A DNA stretch of 32,000 nt, taken from NCBI GenBank assembly GCA_048882505.1, contig JBHLRO010000021.1:30001-62000 (forward strand), given 5' to 3'. The translations under genes and the position numbers were made by a program. Numbering within the stretch: position 1 is the first letter of the stretch; each line of letters starts with the position of its first letter. Of the stretch, positions 17,402 to 26,261 are shown piece by piece. The notes below the pieces were generated by a model. The model was not told the DNA's origin. It did not search any database and was given only the letters and a program-made list of their open reading frames with translations. The DNA is from Candidatus Thorarchaeota archaeon (GTDB taxonomy: Archaea; Asgardarchaeota; Heimdallarchaeia; Hodarchaeales; Hodarchaeaceae).

Positions 17402-20266
17402 TTAGTCCCAATATTCTCTGGTACGAGCAAAATTTGCCTCAGCAGCATACATTAAAGCCAATAGATCCTCAGTGGTTTTTTGTGGAGATCGTAAAATTCG
17501 AACCGCGGTACGTGGCCCTATCCCCCTTCCTGCAAGTACAAAAGCTGCTCGTTTTCCAAAGGATAGAATTAAATCAGCCGATCTAGTTGCTGCATCCAAA
17601 TCCTTCTTTTCTTTGGGTGTTAACTTTTTGTTTTTGTCTATAGACCGCGATAAGAGCCCCTTGATCCCTGTTTTTTTCTGGTGGACAACAGCAACAAACC
17701 GAGCGCGACATTGAGGACATTGAATATCTTCTTTCAGGGTCTCAATCCTTTGCACCTTTTCGAACTTGCATCCCGGGCGCATACAGACTAATCGAACCCA
17801 AGTGTTACGAATTCGTTTCTCCACCTTCTCCAAAATTAGATGAGAGGGTCTGATCTTTAAAATATTAGCTGAAATCGGTTGAGTAGCTGCGCGAGAGAGT
17901 GGAGTATCAAAGGTTCTAACACCGATTTCTTCTACTTGGAGGGTGCCAAGGTGAATATTTTGAAAGAAGTCTTCGACGACTTCAAGATCCAACAATTCTG
18001 TTAATATTTCATTTACGGTTTCAATCCCGATAATGGTATCCTGATATCGGGATACAAGGAGTTTGGTCATCATGGGGGAGCTTTGCAGAGATTCAGAGAT
18101 GGCCCCGAATCGCCTTGCAACGTGCTGTAGCCGCCATGCAAAGAGCTCACTGCTTTTCAATCTATGTTCCAGTAATGGTCGCAAATGTTTTGGGTCTATC
18201 TCCTCGATTATCGGTCTTATTTTGGCAGGGCGGGGGAGTGATAAGAATACTGAATAGGGATCAGTACGATATTCAACAGAATACCCTTGTCTAGCTCCTA
18301 TGACAGTCGATAGAACGATACCTAGCGTGTCATTTGCCCGCGATCCTAGAAACGTATGTAATACCATCTGGCGTCCAGCCGTTTCAATGTAGATTCTGTT
18401 TCTTGAGGGGACAACATTCGAATCCCTATGTTCTCTGATTAATCGGTTCAGTTCCTGACGAATGTGGCGTGGTTCTCCTTGGAGGAAAGCATGATCTGAA
18501 AATAACTCATACGTGGTTTCTGCTACCAGCAATGAAACAGGGATTAATTCCCCCTCCCAGGTGGGAAGCGTGGCATCTGTGGCTCTGACTTGGCGCACTT
18601 CGATTCGATCGTCTTTTATTGCAAGCAGCTCCCATGCTAGACCATTCAATACGAATACAGCTCCCTTCTCGCCTCGGGTTGAGACAAAGCCTTCATCCAA
18701 TTGCCCGACCCTACTACGGGTTCCCACATCAACTACAGTAAAGTTTTTGATAGATGGTATTGTACTGAGATTGGAATAGTAATAACGATAGCTTTTTCTC
18801 TTCGCTTTGAGGGAAATCACTCCATTGTCAGATTTGTTGATATAAAAGAAGTGGTTGTCTCTTCCATACTCTAGGAGTGGGATTAAATCCGTTGGCGTTA
18901 AGTGTTGGTAAGGGTTTGCCCCTGTTACAATTTTGAGGATTTCTTTGACCGTCACCTCCCCGAAATCCAAAAGAATCCCTATTATCGCATGAAAGAGAAC
19001 GTCCCAGGAACCATGCGTCAGGACACGAGTTGGTTCTACTGATCCTTCCATCGCCAATCGCTTTATGAAGAATGCTTCCATAAGATCTCTGGGTGTTTCC
19101 GCGATTATTATCCCCCGACTTATCGCAGCCAGCTGATGGCCCGCCCGACCCACTCGTTGAAGAAGCGTCTCGATGCGACGGGGACTCATATATTGGATAA
19201 CGAGACTGATAGATCCTATATCAATGCCCAGTTCTAGTGAGGAGGTAGCGATGATAAGATCAAGTTTGCCATCTCTCACCTCCGCCTCCGCATGTAATCT
19301 AGATTCGGCTGACAAACTCGAATGATGCACCTCGAACCTGATTTTCTTTTCTGAAAAGTCTGAGGCTATTTGTTCATTGTACCGATTAAAACGATATCCT
19401 AAAACTTCCGCCTGCTGACGGGTATTTGTAAACAATAGAACAGTTTCGTCTTCCGAAAGTATAGTCTCAACCAGACCCATAAACCGAATAGCCGCTTCCT
19501 CGGTTGTATGAAGTTCCTTTGCAAGGTGTTCTGTGTCATGAGATGTGGAACTAGTAGGATATTCAAGTGAAATCTGTATTACCTTACTCGAGGGGATCTG
19601 AACAAGCTTTCCTGATGGATTATTTGGAGACATGAACTCTAAAACATCCTGCGGGGTTCCTACTGTAGCTGATAATCCGATTCGCTGAACTGGATGACCA
19701 ACACGATGAACAAGCCGTTCTAGGGCCAGGGAAAGCTGCACTCCCCGTTTTGTACCAACCAACTCGTGAATTTCATCAATAACCAAAGTTCGTACATGTT
19801 TTAGATGTTCCCGACCGAAAATCTTGGCTGGGAGGGCAGCCTGAAATAGTTCAGGAGTCATGATAAGCAGCTGAGGCGGATTTTTCGTTTGACGATTGCG
19901 TTCACTTTGAGGGGTATCGCCATGCCGTACAGCGATGGATACGCCAAGCTTCTTGCCAAGCATGGGCAGAACTCGTCTGAAAATATCACGATTAAGGGCC
20001 TTGAGTGGAGTCACCACTACGGTAGAAATCGGATGAAACTCTTCCGTTAGGATCCTATGGAGGCAGGCAAGAATAGTTCCAAATGTTTTTCCCGATCCTG
20101 TTGAAGCAACAACCAAAACGTCTTCTTCTTGAATGATCGCCTCTAAATATTCCAATTGACCTGGAGTGGGGGCGAATCCAAGTTCTTCCAGCACGGATTG
20201 CAGACGGTGGTCTAGAAGATCGAAAGATTCACTTTGATTTTTCGTGAACAATATGGTAACAACCAT
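17402..20266 (-). CDS. lhr: Lhr-family SF2 ATP-dependent helicase with a C-terminal Cys4 motif and helix-hairpin-like tail
   Basis: ASTGSGKT, TPLKALNRD, VRHGDT, IDEIHEL, GLSAT, HHSSLS, TSSLELGIDIG and QRVGRAGH motifs; CMRPGC...CPQC; LAGRGIGPRTA. Confidence 0.95.
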   Translation of the reverse strand: MVVTILFTKNQSESFDLLDHRLQSVLEELGFAPTPGQLEYLEAIIQEEDVLVVASTGSGKTFGTILACLHRILTEEFHPISTVVVTPLKALNRDIFRRVLPMLGKKLGVSIAVRHGDTPQSERNRQTKNPPQLLIMTPELFQAALPAKIFGREHLKHVRTLVIDEIHELVGTKRGVQLSLALERLVHRVGHPVQRIGLSATVGTPQDVLEFMSPNNPSGKLVQIPSSKVIQISLEYPTSSTSHDTEHLAKELHTTEEAAIRFMGLVETILSEDETVLLFTNTRQQAEVLGYRFNRYNEQIASDFSEKKIRFEVHHSSLSAESRLHAEAEVRDGKLDLIIATSSLELGIDIGSISLVIQYMSPRRIETLLQRVGRAGHQLAAISRGIIIAETPRDLMEAFFIKRLAMEGSVEPTRVLTHGSWDVLFHAIIGILLDFGEVTVKEILKIVTGANPYQHLTPTDLIPLLEYGRDNHFFYINKSDNGVISLKAKRKSYRYYYSNLSTIPSIKNFTVVDVGTRSRVGQLDEGFVSTRGEKGAVFVLNGLAWELLAIKDDRIEVRQVRATDATLPTWEGELIPVSLLVAETTYELFSDHAFLQGEPRHIRQELNRLIREHRDSNVVPSRNRIYIETAGRQMVLHTFLGSRANDTLGIVLSTVIGARQGYSVEYRTDPYSVFLSLPRPAKIRPIIEEIDPKHLRPLLEHRLKSSELFAWRLQHVARRFGAISESLQSSPMMTKLLVSRYQDTIIGIETVNEILTELLDLEVVEDFFQNIHLGTLQVEEIGVRTFDTPLSRAATQPISANILKIRPSHLILEKVEKRIRNTWVRLVCMRPGCKFEKVQRIETLKEDIQCPQCRARFVAVVHQKKTGIKGLLSRSIDKNKKLTPKEKKDLDAATRSADLILSFGKRAAFVLAGRGIGPRTAVRILRSPQKTTEDLLALMYAAEANFARTREYWD

Positions 20267-20304
20267 AAACGATGTCTGCAGGATTGCTAATTTAGGGAAA
20301 TTGA

Positions 20305-21282
20305 ATGGTGATCATTCGTACTTTAAGCGTGATAGCCTCTTCTAATATGCTGATTTCAGGGGTGGGGCTTGTATTTTACTGTGCACGGACAATTCAATAC
20401 CGGGATTTTAAGCGGAAACGGCAGGAATTTGGTGTCTATCTACTCTTTTACCTATTTGCTGTAGGGGCCAACATCGGTAATTGGCTTATCCTTAATTTTA
20501 TACCAATTTGGGGTAAAAATACTGAAATTATGTCGATCTTATACCGAATCACTGTAACTCTGGGAGGAATCAGTGGAGTAATCCTAGCTCTGACTTTACG
20601 TTACGATTTCGCACCCAACTCATATTTGAGACGGTTCTGGCAACTCCTAATGTTCTTTGGAGTAATCGTGAATCTGCTTCCTTTGCTTCAACCTTTAAGA
20701 ATTCAAGGGTTTTCCGACCAACTTCCGCTTTTCGATTATTCCCTAAGCGCTTTTGGGATGTATGGCATGACTTTTTTCATCCTCCTGGTTCTTTTTTGGT
20801 ACGGTATACATACCTCAAGAGTCTATTTAATGCGTTACCGTTCACAATACGCCATTTCGGTTTTCCATTTCCTCTATCTTATCATCTCATTTGGTTCTTT
20901 GTTACTTATTTCTTTCATCGTCAGTTTGAATCTCATCCTTCCCATGACAAACCAGCTGGTTGCTCTGACTCTTACTCTTATCTCAACGGTAATCCTAGTT
21001 CATCCAACACTTCGATGGACCTATCTTTACTTCTATAATCGAAGGGTCGTCGAATTTGAACGAAATGCTTTGTTGGATGTCATTAACCATGACCTAACTA
21101 ATATTGCCCACATTCTAAACCTGGTATGTGAAATGAGAGAGGCAGGATCATGGGATGATACCGTGATGGATTTATTGGTCACGCAAGTTGAACGAATGGA
21201 TGAACTCATTCAAAAAGCTCGTAATTCTGTTCGTTCAGGCCTGATTGAAGATATCCAAACCTTAGTGCGGATAATGGTATGA
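20305..21282 (+). CDS. 7TM membrane protein with a C-terminal histidine-kinase-like dimerisation/phosphoacceptor segment and no ATPase domain
   Basis: Seven hydrophobic segments, then LLDVINHDLTNI (H-box; His codon 21088-21090) and QVERMDELIQKAR, then stop. Confidence 0.7.
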   Translation: MVIIRTLSVIASSNMLISGVGLVFYCARTIQYRDFKRKRQEFGVYLLFYLFAVGANIGNWLILNFIPIWGKNTEIMSILYRITVTLGGISGVILALTLRYDFAPNSYLRRFWQLLMFFGVIVNLLPLLQPLRIQGFSDQLPLFDYSLSAFGMYGMTFFILLVLFWYGIHTSRVYLMRYRSQYAISVFHFLYLIISFGSLLLISFIVSLNLILPMTNQLVALTLTLISTVILVHPTLRWTYLYFYNRRVVEFERNALLDVINHDLTNIAHILNLVCEMREAGSWDDTVMDLLVTQVERMDELIQKARNSVRSGLIEDIQTLVRIMV

Positions 21283-21283
21283 A

Positions 21284-21339
21284 TTTTCCATCGTGATCAG
21301 ATGGAAAAAGCAAAAATCACGCCCACGTTTTTGGCTTTT
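21284..21339 (+). terminator. Two tandem inverted repeats directly after the 7TM gene stop; possible terminator or operator
   Basis: TTTTCCATC-7nt-GATGGAAAA (21284-21308, perfect 9 bp) and AAAAGCAAAAA...TTTTTGGCTTTT (21306-21339). Confidence 0.4.
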
Positions 21340-21428
21340 AAATAATCCAACAGACGATAGTTTCGTGATCGCGCCGTCAATCATATCATGAAATCCAGTG
21401 TAAAATATCTAAAAGGGGATATCTGGCA

Positions 21429-22154
21429 TTGAATAGGATCGATAAAAGTACGAGAATCACTGTGATAACGGGAGCGGGTTTCTCCCAGGCATCAGGGGTG
21501 CCGACGTTCCGGGGTAAGGATGGCTTGTGGCGAAATTATGATGCATCTGAACTCGCAACTCCGAATGCATTTCGTAAAAATCCTGGATTGGTATGGGAAT
21601 GGTATCATTGGCGGATTAATCTTATTCTAAACGTAGAACCAAACCAGGCTCATCATGTGTTGGCAAGTTGGGAGAGGAAAGGGGGAGATATCTCTATCCT
21701 AACCCAAAATGTTGATGATTTGCACGAGCGCGCTGGTTCGCGTAACGTCATTCATCTACACGGGGAAATTCGAGAAAGTCGATGTCCAGAATGTGGCGAT
21801 AGATCCCGATGGACATTAGAAACACTTGAAAAAACCAAACCAATCCCAGATTGCCTGCAATGTGGTTCAATTATCAGACCGAACGTCGTATGGTTCGGAG
21901 AAAGCCTGGATCCGTCAATAATTGAGGCTTGTTTGAAACGCCTATCCTCAACCGAGGTTCTAATCGTCGCAGGAACTTCGGGGGTCGTGTATCCCGTTGC
22001 AAATTTCCCCTACATTGCTCGACAAGAGAATCCAAATATAGAGATTTTCGAATTTAATATGGAACGTACACCTATTTCGGGTATCGCTACTCAAACAATC
22101 TTAGGGCCAGTTGACGAAACTTTGGGGAGGTTTTTCACTATACTATCAAGATAA
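21429..22154 (+). CDS. cobB: NAD-dependent protein deacylase, sirtuin class III (TTG start)
   Basis: GAGFSQASGVPTFRG, TQNVDDLHERAG, HLHGE, Zn ribbon CPEC...CLQC, RPNVVWFGE, GTSGVVYP. WYHWR carries the Tyr/Arg pair linked to desuccinylase activity. Confidence 0.95.
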   Translation: MNRIDKSTRITVITGAGFSQASGVPTFRGKDGLWRNYDASELATPNAFRKNPGLVWEWYHWRINLILNVEPNQAHHVLASWERKGGDISILTQNVDDLHERAGSRNVIHLHGEIRESRCPECGDRSRWTLETLEKTKPIPDCLQCGSIIRPNVVWFGESLDPSIIEACLKRLSSTEVLIVAGTSGVVYPVANFPYIARQENPNIEIFEFNMERTPISGIATQTILGPVDETLGRFFTILSR

Positions 22155-22228
22155 ATATGATTAATGGGGACTTAAAGCAAGACGGTAAATTTGGCATCGT
22201 TGATGCTTTGGTCTAGTTGATCCAAGGC

Positions 22229-24070
22229 CTAAACGATTTTAGACAACCAATCGAGAATTTTACCATATGCCTCGATTTTGTTCTGTAATTTGGTTATTCC
22301 ATGCCCTTCATCTGAAAAACGTAGAAGTTCCACTGGAATTCCCTTTTCTTTTAACTTCTCATGGATTTGTAGGGACTCAGTCAGAGGGACACGTTCATCG
22401 TTCTCTCCATGTACAATGAACAACGGAGCCATAATCTTATCAAGCTGATGGATTGGACTTATACGTCTTAGTGTCTCTAGATCTGTTTCAAGGCTTCCGT
22501 ATTCAACTTCCCGAAGTTTCCGTCTCCATTTCGCGGTATTTTCCAAAAATGTAACGAAATTTGAAATACCCACAATGTCTACACCCGCTTTCCATAGATT
22601 TGGGTACTCCGTCATGGCAGAAAGGACTGCGAAACCGCCGTAACTCCCCCCGATAATCGCAATGCGTGCGGCGTCCACCCGCGCTTCATTCTCATTGACG
22701 TGTTTAACAAGATGTGCAATATCTTTAACGGAATCCAGTCGTTTCTCTATGTTATCCAAATCTAGGAACGTTCGACCATACCCAGAACTGCCACGGATGT
22801 TAGGGGCAATCAAAGCAAAACCCCCTGAAATTAAAAATTGTGCAATTGGGAAGAAAGAGGGGCGAAATTGGGCTTCCGGACCGCCATGAACGAGTATTAA
22901 CGCGGGCCACCCATTGGGAGGCATTTTTCCAAAAGGAACATGGATATAATATGGGATTCTAACTTGATCGAAGCTATAAAACTCCTGTAACGTGCTTACT
23001 GCAAATGATCGGGAATTAATTCCTGCGGTACTGGAATCGGTGGCTTGCCACAATTTACGAGATTGAATGTCCAAGATCCAAATGTTCGTTGGTTTATCTG
23101 TTGAGCTAAATGTAAAAGCTACTTGTTTCCCATCTGGACTAAGTGATATCCCCTTCTCAAATGAGCGGAGATCACCGTGCATAATGACTCCCTTATAGGG
23201 CAGGGGAAGGCTCTGCAGCTTGACTCCCCCATTTATCGTGAATAATCCTTGATGTAAAGTGTTATATCCATCTTCGTTTAAGGTAAAGTAGACAAGGGGA
23301 GACTCGGGTATCCAAGCTGTACTTTCAGTCTCATAACTAATGTCTTCTTCTATAACATCAAGGGTTTCGAACTGTCCATCTAGTGAAAGGATAGCAAAGC
23401 GATTGTATTCGCTTTGGTGATCTGTTATGACCAGAAGATGATTGTTGTCTAACATTCGTACCGTCCTCCATCTTGTTTCCTTGGTTTTTGATATTTGGAC
23501 GGTTAGACTATTCAATCCTTTGGTTTCCACGTCAAAGAGGAAAATTTCTTGGTTGTTATTCCCATGATAGAGATCTAAAATCAATTGGTCTTCTTTTGTG
23601 TTCGCTCCCGTTGTTAAATATACACCTCCTTCGGGTTGAAAAAGAAGTTCCCCAGAATGGGTTTGTAGGGGAACTTCGTGACGATAAACGCCAAAGACGC
23701 TTTTGTCCTCTATGTTAGCAGAATAATAGAGATTTTTGCTCGTAAGAAAAGTTGGTCGGTGTTTGGCTTTTCGATCCTTGGTAACCCAAGTCAATTCGGA
23801 AGAGTCGTTCAAGCACCCAATCTGAAAGTTCTCGTCACCCCGCGAGTCTTTGAGGAACATCAAAGATCCATCTGATAGGTACCGTGGATTTGTGCACCGA
23901 TCAGCATCGAATACCTCACGATGAGGCCAAAGTAGCAGTTTTGGTTTAATTTCGACACTGAAAACTTGAAAATGCCCTGGTGCATCATATACAAAGGCGA
24001 TTTTCTGTTGAGAAGGATGCCAAGCGGCGCCTCCCGCAGTTTCAATAGCTAAATATCTTTCGAATCCCAA
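22229..24070 (-). CDS. S9 family serine peptidase (acylaminoacyl-peptidase / prolyl oligopeptidase-like); TTG start
   Basis: N-terminal beta-propeller-like region, then VHGGP, PNIRGSSGYG, GGSYGG (Ser), HGENDERVP (Asp) and DEGHG (His). Confidence 0.95.
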   Translation of the reverse strand: MGFERYLAIETAGGAAWHPSQQKIAFVYDAPGHFQVFSVEIKPKLLLWPHREVFDADRCTNPRYLSDGSLMFLKDSRGDENFQIGCLNDSSELTWVTKDRKAKHRPTFLTSKNLYYSANIEDKSVFGVYRHEVPLQTHSGELLFQPEGGVYLTTGANTKEDQLILDLYHGNNNQEIFLFDVETKGLNSLTVQISKTKETRWRTVRMLDNNHLLVITDHQSEYNRFAILSLDGQFETLDVIEEDISYETESTAWIPESPLVYFTLNEDGYNTLHQGLFTINGGVKLQSLPLPYKGVIMHGDLRSFEKGISLSPDGKQVAFTFSSTDKPTNIWILDIQSRKLWQATDSSTAGINSRSFAVSTLQEFYSFDQVRIPYYIHVPFGKMPPNGWPALILVHGGPEAQFRPSFFPIAQFLISGGFALIAPNIRGSSGYGRTFLDLDNIEKRLDSVKDIAHLVKHVNENEARVDAARIAIIGGSYGGFAVLSAMTEYPNLWKAGVDIVGISNFVTFLENTAKWRRKLREVEYGSLETDLETLRRISPIHQLDKIMAPLFIVHGENDERVPLTESLQIHEKLKEKGIPVELLRFSDEGHGITKLQNKIEAYGKILDWLSKIV

Positions 24071-24273
24071 ATAAAATCACGTCTCGTCACGGGGAAAATT
24101 CATTCTTTCTGGAGTGCAGAACTAATCAAGACATTTTTAGCCTTTTTCAGAATTTCGCGTAATAACCTTACTCACCAAACTTATGTGATTATCCAAAGAG
24201 ATTTAAACTGGAACCACCCCATCCTGATTATTGTCGTGTTTCGTAGCTATTTTATTTCAATAAGGTTAGTGGA

Positions 24274-25278
24274 ATGGATTCTCGCGAGCGTGTCATGATA
24301 ACTTTTGATCATGAGGAGCCAGATCGAGTTCCAATTCTGGAACCTTGGATCGAGACAGAAGTATGTACGTGGTTTGGAGGCGATGGTTACCATATTAGAG
24401 CGGTACTTGACCACGATTGTTTTCCATTGTATCATCATCCCAAAGGAAAAACGCAAGCTTATGGTCACGGGATAGATGAATGGGGACGAATTTTTAAACA
24501 TGGGCAGTATGAAGATGGATTAATTAAATCGGAATCGGATCTGGAACAATTCACCCCACCACTAACCCACGCAGAAGATTGGTTTCCTGAAGACCATGTC
24601 AGAACAATTAAGAATCGGTTTCAGGAAAAATACCCCCTCTACTTTGCCTGGCACGATTGTTCACTAGGGATGGCATATCTATCAATGGGGATAGAGAGGT
24701 TCTTTCGTGGACTTTACACAACGCCTGAATTGGTGAAAGAAATCATCGAAAGGAATACAGAATGGACTATTGCATTGGTCGAACAGGCTAACGCTAACGA
24801 TGTAGATTTCATAGTTTTGGGCGATGATGCGGCAGGCAAGGATCGACCCTTAATTTCCCCCAAGATGTTTCGAAAATTAATCCTGCCCGAGTACAAAAAA
24901 ATCATGCAGGCCTCTGATGTTCCAATAATCTGGCATAGTGATGGTTACGTGGTTGATCTCCTACCGATGATCATTGAAGCTGGTTTCGCAGGAGTTCATT
25001 CTCTGGAACCGCAAGCTCTGGTCGATCTAAAGGTCGTCAAACAACGGTTTGGCGACAAGTTAGTCTTATGTGGAAATGTGGACACAACCGGTGTTCTTTG
25101 TGGAAGTGACCCCAGTCATATTCATAGAGAGGTTGAGAGATGTATCCGAGACGGCGCGCCAGGTGGGGGCTATTTATTCTCCTCAAGTAATAGTCTGTTT
25201 GAAGGCCATGACTATGATGCGATCATTGAGACCTATAAGCACGCGAGAGCCGTGGGATTATATCCCATTAGTTTATAG
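24274..25278 (+). CDS. Uroporphyrinogen decarboxylase / cobamide methyltransferase (MT2)-superfamily protein
   Basis: MDSRERV...EPDRVP N-terminus, DEWG, GIERFF..LY..PELV, GDD, LISPKMFRKLILP, WHSDG, LCGNVD, GGGYLFSSSNSL. Confidence 0.88.
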   Translation: MDSRERVMITFDHEEPDRVPILEPWIETEVCTWFGGDGYHIRAVLDHDCFPLYHHPKGKTQAYGHGIDEWGRIFKHGQYEDGLIKSESDLEQFTPPLTHAEDWFPEDHVRTIKNRFQEKYPLYFAWHDCSLGMAYLSMGIERFFRGLYTTPELVKEIIERNTEWTIALVEQANANDVDFIVLGDDAAGKDRPLISPKMFRKLILPEYKKIMQASDVPIIWHSDGYVVDLLPMIIEAGFAGVHSLEPQALVDLKVVKQRFGDKLVLCGNVDTTGVLCGSDPSHIHREVERCIRDGAPGGGYLFSSSNSLFEGHDYDAIIETYKHARAVGLYPISL

Positions 25279-25305
25279 CCCAAAAGTAACAGGAAATACT
25301 AAAAA

Positions 25306-26181
25306 ATGACCCTACTATTTGGTATACGTCCTTTTGAGTTTGAAGATTTTCTTAAGATGGTTGTTGACGGACGTTTGGATCTGTCCCAAGCCAATTACCT
25401 TGATGTTCTTCAAACAACTCTCGGGAACGAGTTTAAACACTTTGAGATTACAGCCGATCTTGCTTACGTCCTACCAGGATTATTGACCCCGGATGTGGTT
25501 ACGGGTTTACGGACCTACAAGGATAAGCATAATTATACTTGTTCTGTCCATCTTCCGCTTTGGTCAGTCGAACTTGCATCTCCAATTCCACATATTCAAC
25601 AAGCATCTATTGACTGCATGATTGAGTCAATTGAACTAACTAATCCATTGAATCCTACATGTTGGGTAATACATGCCACAGGTGGGATCGTATCAGAATT
25701 TACTGGCTTTGATCTTCCTGATTTCGCAAAAGAGCTAATGAATAACACATTTGCAGATCGTGCATCCAAAAGCTTGGCTCAGATCCTTGAGAAAACCAGA
25801 ATAGATTCAAGAAGACTGGCCGTCGAAAATATCGAATTTCCATTCCGAGTCATGGATAACCTAATAGAGGAATTAGATCTGGGAATCTGTTTTGATACTG
25901 GACACTTATTGGCAGGATTCTCTGGTCAATGGGGAGACAATGGAATAATAGATTTTTTTGAGACTTACAAAGACAGAATTGTGGAATTACATCTCCATGA
26001 TGGCGCATCCTCACCACGAGTTGATCATAAACCCCTTGGAAGTGGGGATCTCCCTGTAAGGGGTTTAATGACCGGTCTTTCTGATACAGAATTTACTGGT
26101 CCAATAGTATTAGAGCTGAGTACAGAGGACGTGACAAAATCAATGGATTTTCTGCGAAAACACACCCCTGATGTGATCTAA
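25306..26181 (+). CDS. AP-endonuclease-2 / sugar-phosphate isomerase TIM-barrel metalloenzyme, CbiR-like
   Basis: Metal-ligand motifs SVHLPL, VIHA, AVENIE, CFDTGHL, LHLHDG, DHKPLG and VLEL; 27 nt downstream of the URO-D-like gene on the same strand. Confidence 0.8.
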   Translation: MTLLFGIRPFEFEDFLKMVVDGRLDLSQANYLDVLQTTLGNEFKHFEITADLAYVLPGLLTPDVVTGLRTYKDKHNYTCSVHLPLWSVELASPIPHIQQASIDCMIESIELTNPLNPTCWVIHATGGIVSEFTGFDLPDFAKELMNNTFADRASKSLAQILEKTRIDSRRLAVENIEFPFRVMDNLIEELDLGICFDTGHLLAGFSGQWGDNGIIDFFETYKDRIVELHLHDGASSPRVDHKPLGSGDLPVRGLMTGLSDTEFTGPIVLELSTEDVTKSMDFLRKHTPDVI

Positions 26182-26261
26182 GGGAGTTCGCGAGGATTCT
26201 ACCTCGATTCTTAGGTACCTCAAGGATTGAAAAACCTAGAAATTGAATAGATTTCCTTTTA

